The notes under the pieces were generated by a model. That model searched no databases, was not told where the DNA came from, and worked only from the letters and a program-made list of their open reading frames with translations. The translations under genes and the position numbers were made by a program. A stretch of DNA of 64,000 nt from Blepharisma stoltei ATCC 30299 (Eukaryota > Protista > Ciliophora): assembly GCA_965603825.1 (NCBI GenBank), contig CBFDEM010000057.1, forward strand, positions 124,001 through 188,000, given 5' to 3'. Of this stretch, positions 11,318 to 22,204 are shown in pieces; position 1 is the stretch's first letter, and each line of letters begins with the position of its first letter.

Positions 11318-13198
11318 TTAGCTAGGAGTCATAAAAGACCAGCCATCAAGTCTTTGTGTAGGTATTTCATCTTCTTCTAATTTCCCAAACATTCTTTCTG
11401 TTGTGATATCTCTATACATCCTTTTAGATTGGTGTATTGGAGGAGCAGGTATAGATTTTTCAAGTAAAGCAGTCCAGTCTAAGCCTTCAAAGAAAGGATG
11501 CTCTTTTATTTCGTCAGCATCTCGCTTAGATGCACCTAATCGTTTACTTGGGTCACGGTTTAGAAGCTGCTTTATCAGTAATTTTGAATTTTCTGACATA
11601 GTTTTAGGCAGCCTCAGCTTTCCTCTTTGGATGTTGTTGAATAGCTCTTCTCGGTTGTGAGAATAATAAGGAGGAGACCCTGTAAGCATTTCATAAAGGA
11701 GAACTCCTAATAAATACCAATCTACTGAGCGTGTATGTCCAGCCCTTCTCAGCATTTCTGGCGCTAAATAAGCAACTGACCCACAAAATGATTTATTAAG
11801 CTGCCCGTCAGATACCCCTTCTTTGGAAAGCCCGAAATCAGTAAGTCTTGCGTGGCCATCCTTATCAAGCACAACATTTCCTGGCTTCAAATCCCGAAAA
11901 AGGATTTCATGCTTATGAAGCTCTTCAAGTGCTAACAAAATTTCTGCGATATAAAATCTAGCTTTATCCTCATTAAATTTCTTCTCCCTATTCAAATACA
12001 TCCCTAAATCCCCTCCTGGGCAGAAATCCATCACCAAGACCAATTTTTCAGGGGTTTGGAATGAGTAGTTCAGCTTCACAATAAACGGGTGGTTTAATTT
12101 TAGCAAAATATTTCTCTCGGTAAATGCATATCTCACAAGATTGCTTCCAAACACTTTTTCCTTCCTGAGAACTTTTAATGCGAAGACCTCTTGTGTGTCT
12201 TTTTTCTCAACTAAATATACTTCTCCAAAGCTACCTTTACCAAGCTGCATAAGTCCACGAAAATCATGAGGTCCAACCTTTGAAGGTGGCAGCACCAGTT
12301 TTGGAGGTGTCATAGAAATTTTTTTCTTTTCAGGCCTCACAAGCAGTTTAGGTCTTTCATTAAAAATATTTAAATCCCTAGCTCCTGGTTTTTTTGTGCA
12401 TTTTGCAAGCATTCTGTTGATTTGGTCATCTCTCGAGTTATGCAAAAGAACACTATAAAAAGGAGTCCTTGTATATTGTGAGCTGGGAATTGGGATCCCC
12501 AGTTTTTTACAATAAGCTGAAAATTCTGAATAAATTTCAATGCTGGGGGATACGTCAGCTGGGGTTCTATCTAAATAGTCTTTAATAGTTATATCTGGGT
12601 CTGACTTAAGCAGCCAAGAAACGATTTCGATATCTCCATGTATGGCAGCATAATGAATAGGGGTGCTGCTGTCACTGTCTTTTGCGTTTATATTAGCTCC
12701 TTTTTGAATTAATAGTTTGACAACACCAAGGTGACCATGAAGTGCTGCTAAATGTAAAGGGGTGCGATTCATACTTGTGAGGGCGTCTATATTGGTTTTG
12801 TTTCCAATTGAAATTAAAATTTCGGATGCTTCCAAGAAGCCGTAGGAGGAAGCAAGATGAAGAGAAGTTCATTCGTTTAAGCCTCTGGCATTTGGCTGAG
12901 CTACCATTTCTCCATATCGAGATTTATCAAGCAGCTCTTTGATCCTGATGATATCATTTCGTTCTACTGCTTCTCATAAGTCTATGTTTGCTTTAGGATT
13001 GACATTTCAGTTCTCGTCAATATCCATTGAGTTTTGAGAGCTTTTTGAATATTCTTTGGATTCTTCAGAAGGACTTGTTGCATCTTTAGTTGCTGGTGTT
13101 GAAGCTGTAGAATAAATCGAGGAGCCTACATTTTTGTTTCCTTCTTGATCTCCATAGTCTTCTTCATCAATTGTCTCTAGTAATTCTTTCCCTAACAT
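11318..13198 (-). CDS. Ankyrin-repeat AGC (RSK/AKT-like) Ser/Thr kinase, three UGA=Trp
   Basis: NE[W]TSLHLA, RTPLHLAA and STPIHYAA ankyrins; GKGSFGEV, FRDLKPGN, DFGLSKE, SFCGSVAYLAPE. Single frame 13198-11318. Confidence 0.93.
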
Positions 13199-13277
13199 TA
13201 TAAATGCATTAAATAATGAAATTATGCAATTTTTCAACAGATCCCTGTTTATTGCATATGGAGGTCTATTATTTAAT

Positions 13278-14282
13278 TTACGAATAATCTAAGTCTGCAC
13301 TTAGAAATTTGACTTTCACCATTTCTTCTTGTATTGCGATTGCTTCATTTAATCTTTCTTCGTTTCTCTTAATAAGTTCTTTTAGTTTTCTCCTGTCCCT
13401 TTCCATCCCAGAGTCATATTCGAGATCTTTTACTTTCTGTTTTAGTTCTGCTTGCTCTTTTTCTAAAGCAACAATCATATGGCTTATTTCTGATATATAT
13501 TTTTGTTTTCCATTTCCTCTTGAGCGTGATGGGCTTAAAGGTTGTGGTTTTAATATTTTTTTAACTGGCTTTTTTTTCTTAGGTTCTATTTTTAATTTAT
13601 CTTCGCTTTTAGCAGCTCTGATTCTCGGCTGCTGAGCTAATTCTTCAATTTGTTGTATCAATTTTTCTATTTTTTTGTCTTTTTCTCTGACGACCTCAAT
13701 AAACCTTTCTTCATCTTCTCTTATTCTATTTTTAAACGCTTCAGCTTGCTGCTCCTTTTTTGCTTTTAGCGTTCTAAAGCTAATCTGCATTTCTTGCAGT
13801 TGTCTATTAATATCAGAGGCTTCATCATTAAATTGTTTTCTTTCTTGTATAAGCCTTTCTTGTAGCTCTCTTAGGTCTCTTTCCCAATTTAATTTTTCTT
13901 TAGCATGTTGAGATACATGCAATTCTTTTTCTCTTTTGATTATATCTAACTGCGCATGGGCAAAATTTGACTCAGATTTAGATTTTGAAAGTTCTATCTC
14001 CAGCTCTCTAACTTGTTTTTCCAGAAGTTTTACCCTAATTTCAATATCTTTTTCACCAAATTCATTAGGAGATCCACTCGGAGACTCTTTATCGCTCTCT
14101 TCTTCAGATTCACCCAGTTCTGGGTATCACTTATTTGAAGATGTATCATGCAATAAATCTGAATAATCTCTCCCAGGCGATGGAGTTCTAGCTTTTAAAG
14201 CATCCTCATATATACTTTTTGCAGAAAAATGCGCTCCAGTCTTATTCATATTCGAATTTTGTGGTTCATTGATATATGACAT
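13278..14282 (-). CDS. Coiled-coil protein (334 aa, one UGA=Trp)
   Basis: Open frame from ATG 14282 through one TGA into the track ORF; E/K/Q heptads. Confidence 0.8.
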
Positions 14283-14343
14283 ATCCTCTATAATTCTTTA
14301 TGATTTTTTTCATTAAATAATTATGAAAGAAAAGTTATTAACA

Positions 14344-16512
14344 CTAATTAATAGACTTCAGAGGGGCATAGCTTTCGAGAGAGATCAGCTCAGAAGTGCT
14401 TGACCTTTCTATCTCGAAATCTTTTTGGTCTCGTGGGAATACAAAAAATACAAAAAATGGAGTCAGCATTACAAAAATGTGCCAGCAGGAATGAGTCTAA
14501 ATAAATTTTACGATGTAATAGTTGTCATTTAATTCAAGAAATCGGCTTGTCAAAGCAAGCGCAAAGCTCACAATAGCAGCCAGTGCCCATTTCAAATTAA
14601 TGAGCTTGCTTGTAACAAAAAACCACTTAACTTGACGCCAGCTCCAACATTTATTTTCTTTTCGCTTTGAAAGCATCATAATTATATAGATATATCTTGA
14701 TATTGGAATCAGACCAGCAATTAATGGTGGCTATATATTTTTTACCATAAATGTGACTAAGGTCCCACGAAAAGCTGTATTTAGTCCAATGTACAGTAAA
14801 ATCACAAATAAAAATACATAGGCTGCTGTTTTTACATTTGGGTTTTTTAGCCTTGAGACGTGAACCAAGCAGACCATAATGCTCATATAGCTTAATAAAA
14901 AATCTATCAATAGAAGTGTCATAGGATTGAAATCGAAACAATAATATTGCCAGTCACAGGCATGGTAGATCATGCTTGCGATCATATTTGAGCCATATAC
15001 AGCAACTTCTCCATAGTATAAATATATAACGCCAACAACCAATGCTGGTATCATTGCAAGATTTGAAGTGATTAGAAAAGTCAGCCCAAGGTCATAAATG
15101 GTATCGCTGAAAGCAGTTTTTTCGCAATATGGACCTGCAGTGTTTCTCATACAATAGCAGGTATAAACTATTTCGTTGTATAAATAATAGTATTCTGAGT
15201 GGCAGATATTGTCGCCGACTTTAGACCGAAACATGCCAAGTTGGTAATATATAGGAGAGCTTATAGTAGAGAGTGAATTTAATTTGAAAGAGGCATAATT
15301 TATACCTTTTTTCAAGTATCGAAATTCTATTACCATTGAAATTCCTGAGGATTCTTTTATAACTTTACAGTAAACGTCAGAGCTTTTGCAGTTAGCGAAT
15401 GATAGATATGAGCTTGTATTGGTTGGAGGACTTCCAAGCTGAATTTTGATTTCTAAATCTTCATTTAATAGATTGTAAATTGTATTTTCATCTAAAGTAC
15501 TGTTATATATTTTTAACTTAGTTCCAAATCTTTCATCAGTGTGATCAGGTAGCACCATAAATCTATGATACTGCACATCTGAATCTGAATTAAAACTCCC
15601 AGTACAGTCTATCTTAATGTCGCTATCCACAAGACTAGTATAGCTTTTTACTGAGTCTTGGTAAGCTACACTCTTCCCAATCACCATATTTCCATCTTTA
15701 TCCCACTCATAATCTAGTGTATCAATTTCATAGCCAAAAGATGTGTCATTCATAGAAAAGAACAGAAGATGCCAACGGCCAGGCCTAGGGCTTGGAACGA
15801 TAAATCGCCCTGGTTCAGTAAATGTCCATGAATAATTTTCATTCAAAGAATTTACAAATATAAAATTGTCTGGGCTTGCCGTCACATTCAAGTTACTGAC
15901 GACGCCCGAGACGCTTATTATTAAAGATTCAGCCCCAGATGGCACTTCATATATAACTGGCTGGGTAGGCTTACTAATAGTCCCGCTTTGAGTATTTAGA
16001 ACGTCAATATCACACTGTGGATCTTTCTCAGAATAAAACCCACTTAATAAATATTGAGACGATGTTGAAAACTGGGATTCACAGTAATAAGCCCACGTCT
16101 TTATTTTATAGCTCCATCCATAAACTGTATAAGCTGGCATTAGATGACTTTGATCTAATAAGCCTCCGTCTAATCTTAACACAAAATAATTAGCCTTTTT
16201 TGGGTATGGAATATCTATTTTAGATTTCCAATCTTCACTGTTTTTGAGCTCGAATTTGTAATCATAGAATTCTTCATCTGGAACTGCGTCAAACCTTATA
16301 TAAACAACTGGCTTAGGAGTTGGATACTCAGTTAAATCCTCATCTAGATCAGTCAATTTGATTTGAACTGAGAGCTGTAAGAGAGGCTGAGAAACAGCAA
16401 TAGGGATATTTTGATAGCAAATTTGCATTTTCTTGCAAAGGTCAGTCACACTTTCGTAAACATGAGTGGAATTTTCCAAAGCAAACGCTACTGATAATAG
16501 AAGCCAAAACAT
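14344..16512 (-). CDS. TMEM8/PGAP6-like CREST-family membrane protein with EGF-like domain; introns 14731-14745 and 14497-14511
   Basis: Signal peptide MFWLLLSVAFA; C-x-C..AGPYC EGF-like segment; LITSNLAMIPA, ASMIYHACD, DF, and after splicing YYITHSCWHIF. Confidence 0.88.
14497..14511 (-). other. 15-nt intron (GTAAAATTTATTTAG)
   Basis: Removal deletes an in-frame TAG and yields the HSCWH motif. Confidence 0.9.
14731..14745 (-). other. 15-nt intron (GTAAAAAATATATAG)
   Basis: Removal deletes an in-frame TAG and joins two TM-coding ORFs. Confidence 0.9.
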
Positions 16513-16883
16513 ATTATTTTGAATTATCTGGAAACGTATATCATACAATGTGGAGAAATTTTTTCGCCAAATAGAAAGAATATAGATAAATGATAAACTT
16601 TTATAGATTTGATAATTTTATAGAATTTTACTTGATTTTCTGAGCAAATTTCCATTTAAGAAAGGTTATGCCATATTATTTTAAGACTATCAATATTCAA
16701 ATTTCCCTATATGGCATTATTTATTTCTTCGCTATTGAAATATTCAAATAGCCTTCTTCCAATTCAATCTTTGAAAAAATTTTGAGTTTCTAAATAATTG
16801 TTTTAAAAGGAATTTTTTCATTTAAATTTATTGTAAAAAATGAAATTATAAGTTAAATAAGCGACTTTCATTTGTATAAAATC

Positions 16884-17912
16884 TTAGACTTGCTGATTAT
16901 ATCCTTGCTTTATATCTTGTATTTTAACAAAATAATGAAATCCAGTTCCTAAATGCTTCGGCGGTATATGAGGGTCTTTGGCAAAAAAAGGTGCAGAATG
17001 GTCTCTTTGATTCATCCTGCAGAATGTATTAACATTTGTTTCATCAATAGGAACCTTACAAAAATAGCAAAACAGCTGCATGTTCGAAAGCCTATCAAGA
17101 TATTTATCAGTTAGCCTCGATCACTGCAGAATTTCTCTCTTTGCAGTCCCTTCAGAATTTCTCATTTCCCCACTCATAATATCTCACAGAATTTCATTTT
17201 TCGCCTGATTCAAAGTTTCAAGCCTCTGAAGGGCCCTTGACCTATTTCTCCACTCCATTAACTCTGTAGGGATACTTGACACATCAAATTCGCTTTCAGG
17301 GGGTAATTGTTTATTCGCCAGCATCACCAAGTCATTAATCAATTTTTTGTAATTTTGTAAAAATAAAATCATATCATTGCCTTTGACTAATTCTAAAGCT
17401 TGCTCCATTGTTTCTACATCTGCATGGACTGAGGCTTGTTCTTTTGATAATTGGGAAACTACAGGAGCTGTATATAGTTCTAATCTTCTGAGCATGCTAG
17501 AATGTGTTTCATTTATCTCGTTTTCTAATAATCCACAAGCTTTGCTGAGTTCTCCGATGTTTCTGTTTCTTTCTTCTATGCGGAGTTCAAGCAGTTTCTT
17601 TTTTGAATATCCTCGTTGTGATAAAAGGGCTTGTAGTTGGCTGCTTTGGATTCGGTAGACATCAATAAGAGGTTTTAGCTGATGATAAGCAGAGTGATGA
17701 ATAGGGATACAGAGAGAGCAGAGCATTAGAGAGCAAGTTTCACAAAACATTGTAAATGGCTCTTCATGGTCTTTACATTTAATTTGGGATTGAGAGGGAA
17801 CGGTGGTATGTGTGGAAGGATGACGATTTGTTTCACATGATATGCAAAAATGCTTTTTACAGCCTAAACAGTATACAGAACTTGTTGCAGTTTGGCAAGC
17901 TTCACAATTCAT
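16884..17912 (-). CDS. Double B-box zinc finger/coiled-coil protein, two UGA=Trp
   Basis: CEAC..YCLGC..FCISC..H..H; CKDH..FCETC..LCSLC..H..H; single frame to TAA 16884. Confidence 0.88.
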
Positions 17913-18169
17913 TTATATTTAAATAATTCTTATATAGTTATTAGGTTTTTGCCTAGATGGTTTTTATAGAGTTCATAAAAGAATTAATCTTTTAATATCA
18001 AGAATTTAATAATTTTAAATTTAAATTATTGTAATTTTTTCCTAAAATGAGGTATAAAAAAGAACCCTAAACACTACTTGTCAAATGGTTTTAAATATTC
18101 TCACAGATAACGGTGTATAAGTCAATTAATACGAATAAAATTCAAAAAAATAAATAATTAATAAAAATA

Positions 18170-20194
18170 ATGTACACTAATAGAGGCTTTATGCAGCGAG
18201 AATACTCACATCCCTACAAATACTTATCTCCAAGCAATTCTACATCTCTAAGCCCAAAGCCTAAACACAGATGATTAGAGGAACCAAAAATCCAAATTTC
18301 CAATCCTTATCCTTCTTCCTATAGTCCAGTTTCTCACAAAAAAATTCTAAGAAATTCTAGCCAAAGCACTATAACTCCAGTTAATTTTTTTTCCTCATTA
18401 GAAGGTAAAAAAGACTTTCTTAAAGAAACCCGTGAAGATAAATACAATAATTCTGCATATACTTCTAATATAGAGCTTCATTTAGCTAAAAGCATGCCAC
18501 AGTTACCAGAGTTGTCACCTCCACAAGATACAGCAAGAAACTATTCCAGAACAATAAATTCCAATATTTATGATGAAGTTTCTATTAGAAAACCAGTCTA
18601 TGCAATTGATGCAGTCTTTGAAATATATGGCGTTGGTTATGCCTATGCTACAAAAACTGGCTATGGCCACCCATTAGGAATGGGATTTTTAATAACGAAA
18701 ACTTTAGCAATGACTGCTCATTCAGTCATTCCTGACGAAGAAGTGGCTACCCGATGTTTTGCGAGGTTCACCGACAATTTATACGAAGCTCACCATTTTG
18801 ACGCTGGCCGTTTCTTTTATACCAACCGAGGGCTGAATTTTACAATTGTCGGGTTTATGCTGAGTGAAGAGAGCATAAAGCCAAGACTTCCATTAGAAAT
18901 ACGGGAAGCTTTTCAGCTAAAAGATGGGGACGGGATTGCTTATTTGAACTCAGGAACAGTCCCAAGAATAGTCACTCATATAGACAATGACGTATTTAGC
19001 TACACTGCAGGAAATTACATATCTCCTGGCATGCCAATTTTTACAACAGATTGGAGAATCCAAGGAATCCATCACACTTGTACAAATTCTTACAGATTTA
19101 ATCAAGGGACAAGAATTGATGCTGTTATAAGGACACTTGTGAATATCAAAGAAATCGCGACCCATCCTGAACTGGATTTGCTGCTGTCTGATTATGCAAA
19201 AGCGTTTGGAGAAGGCTGGGATAATACCAAAGCGACGTTTGGGGATTCAAGATATATGTATTGGATCGAGTGATATAATAGAAATATTTACAGATATGAT
19301 ATACCTTTGGAAAGATGAACTTGTGTCAAAATCAGCAATTTAGAAGAATTTTTAAGAAATGAGCCGTCTTCATGAAATTTCAATTGAGGCTGCAGATTAG
19401 TTTATGTCCCTGATGGAAGTTTTTATATCCTCGGAGGAGTAGGTCACGAACTAAGCAGCACCAAAGCAGACGTATTTTATTTTGCCTCAGAAACAAGAGA
19501 ACTCTCTAGACGAGCTTCCATGCTTGAAAGAAGAGAAGGACCAGCAGTTATTTACAGGCAAAATTATTTATATGTAATGGGTGGAAAATACAGTTACAAC
19601 ACCTGTGAAAAATATTCAATCACAGATGACACTTGGACGCATTTTTCTCCTATGATTCATGGGCGATTTGAGCCAGTTGCTTCCCTTCTTCAAGGTGATG
19701 AGTACATGTACGTAATTGGTGGATATCCTCAAGAACTTGTAGGAAGATCAATAGAGCGCTACATTTTCAGAGAAGACCGATGAGAAGCTTTACAAATTCT
19801 GCTCCCAGTGCCTTGTCTCCATTCTGGGATATATCCTGTAAACTATCAAAAAATTGCTTTACTAGGTGGTCGTTTTTCAAGATCAGTCTTTATTTTTGAC
19901 ATCACAGAAACTCAGTTAGGGAATACCCTTTCACAAGCTCAAGACGAAATGTTCAGAATATATGAGATTGAAAGCTTCCCTGACCAATTAGAAACAGTTT
20001 ATCCTCTTGTTTACTATAAAGAGGACAACAAAGTTTACTTCATAAAATCAGTCCAAGGCGAATCCCCTACGGTGTTATTTTATCCATACCGCAGCTTTAT
20101 GAGAGGGCCAGCCCAAAATCCTATAGAATATCGTAGAACAGTAAAATTGCCACCAATAAATACGAATTCGTATATAACATTTAAACGTAAATAA
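18170..20194 (+). CDS. Trypsin-like (probably inactive) peptidase domain plus Kelch repeats, several UGA=Trp
   Basis: GMGFLI..AMTAHSVI; GIHH; Kelch units FYILGG, LYVMGG..CEKYS..W, MYVIGG..IERY..R[W]. One frame from ATG 18170 to TAA 20192-20194. Confidence 0.85.
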
Positions 20195-21873
20195 TGTCTA
20201 AAAAGAAAGATTATTTAGCTCAGGAGAAAGAGTCTGCTGCTTTTCTTGCAAAGGCAAATGTTATGTAGTTAAATACGGTTACTGTGCAGAGGAAAAAAGA
20301 ATCGTCGGTGAAGCATCATAAATTTGAGCTAATGCACCATATGCAGACTTTAAAGCAAAGAAGAGCTGCTTTAGAAGCTGATCTAGGGGTATTTATTGAA
20401 GAAAAAGGATTAAAAGCGATTATTGAAGAAGAAAAAGGACTGAGTGATGAAAGAGATGAGTTTTCAGATGGAATTCGGACTGAAATATCAGGGTGCAAAG
20501 AAATTCTTGAAAGTTTAAAAGTCCAATGAAATCATATATTTGCTTTGAAAAACCAAGGGAAAAGTGCAGAAGCAAGGAAAATTTGGAAAGATAGGATAGA
20601 AACTGTGAGGCAATTTTTAGAAGAAATTAATGCACATTTTAAAGAAAGAAGTGAATATCTAAAAGAATCGCAAAATGATATTGAGATGCCAAATCTGCAG
20701 ATAGATGAAGAATCACCAGAACCTGATCAATTTTTAGAAACTATTCCTATTGGAGTTCCAGGGTATCTTTTATATAGAATTAACACGGAATCAATCAAAT
20801 CTGAATACTCAAAAGCTTTAGCAATTGTTAATGAAACTTTTGAGCTCCAACTTCAACAAATAGAAGAAGCTGTACAAAATTGGCCTCAAGACTCTCATGA
20901 AAAATTTATGGCTGTTTATAAACAATATATAGAAAACGGCAAACCACGTGAAAGGTATATGGAAATGCTCAGGTTTCATTTCCCAACACTTTCGAGGCAG
21001 GAGCTTGAAAATCATGACAGAGTTGTAGAAAAAATTAGATGGAATAAAAAACATAGGAAAAATATTTTAAAGGATTGAATAAGACATAGGGTTGCTTTAA
21101 AAGAGGCTGCAGAAAATATGCTGGCAAGCATTATGGATGCAGCTATAGAAAGATTTAATAAAGAATTAGAATTTGTGAAGCAGCAAAAACAGCTTGATAG
21201 GCTTGGAAAAGAAATTGATGAAAAAAGACCTGAATACTTGCAGAAACTTGAAGAAAAGCAGAGAAAAGAGCAAGAATTAAAGCAGAAAGAGCTTGAAGAA
21301 AATCAAAAGAAAATAGAAAGTAGCAAAATTCATCAAGAAATAATAAAAAAGCAAGCTGGTGAATACAAAGAAAAAAAGCTAAAAATTGCAAGCCAAGAAA
21401 AAACGCTCAAAGTTCAAAAAGAAATCCAAGAAAATTCAAAACAAAAAGAATTAATTATTAAAAACAAGCCAAAAGTAAATGAAAGACAAGTTAAAGCCAA
21501 AATAAAGCAGCAAGAAATACAAGATAAAAAAGAACAGAAAAGGATTGAGCAGATTATTGATAACCAAAGAATTGAGGCTGCAGTGCAAGCTTATTCACAT
21601 ATACCGCAGGTTGAGTTAGATAGAGAAAGAGTACAGCAGAATACGAAATCAAAAGAAGCCAAGTTTGTAAAATATGATAAAGCTGACCAGGTCAAATTAT
21701 TCCCACAAACTGGATTTACCGCAGAAAATTTGATGAAAGATATGAGATATAGGATTTCAAGCATGCTTAATGATGCTGGGCTTGCCTCTACTGAATACGG
21801 CAAACGTATCATAAATGCTGCACCACCGATGAGAGAACCAAGAAGGGATACTGTTGGAACATTAAAATTTTAA
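20194..21873 (+). CDS. CCDC112-like coiled-coil protein; putative GC-AG intron 20254-20268; two UGA=Trp
   Basis: W..DSHEKF.., HFPTLSRQELENHD, KD[W], and C-terminal GFTAENLMKDMRYRISSMLNDAGL..EYG resemble CCDC112/CCDC148 family hallmarks. Confidence 0.7.
20254..20268 (+). other. Putative 15-nt GC-AG intron (GCAAATGTTATGTAG)
   Basis: 15 nt, A10, ends in AG; removes the only in-frame TAG between ATG 20194 and the downstream ORF. Confidence 0.6.
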
Positions 21874-22204
21874 TTAATGCTTTTCTATAGAAAACAATAA
21901 GAGATTTTAAAAAAATGGGTAAATTCAAGAAACAGAAGATTTTTCTACGGTTTTTGACACTCCTGGAAAGCGTGAATTAACAGTTTTCTTATAGAAAAAG
22001 CTTTATAAAAACTATGTAGATATGCAGATAGATTAAAGAAAAGAAATCAGAAATTTGTCTATAAACTCTAGCAAAAATATGGATTTATTAGAGCTGAATT
22101 TAGCCTTAAAAGATATTGAAATAAACTAAGCAAGTTTGTAGATATACATAAGCAAATCATTCAAATAAACTATAAATTAACATTTTGAACTAATCTAATT
22201 AAAT

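Noticed and set aside
13190-13197. CCCTAACA telomere-like octamer (also ~60907)
   Set aside because: Single copies inside CDSs with no tandem array; expected by chance.
21879-22001. Imperfect inverted pair GCTTTTCTATAGAAAAC / GTTTTCTTATAGAAAAAGC (MITE-like?)
   Set aside because: Low-complexity AT sequence with indels and no TSD; not distinguishable from chance.
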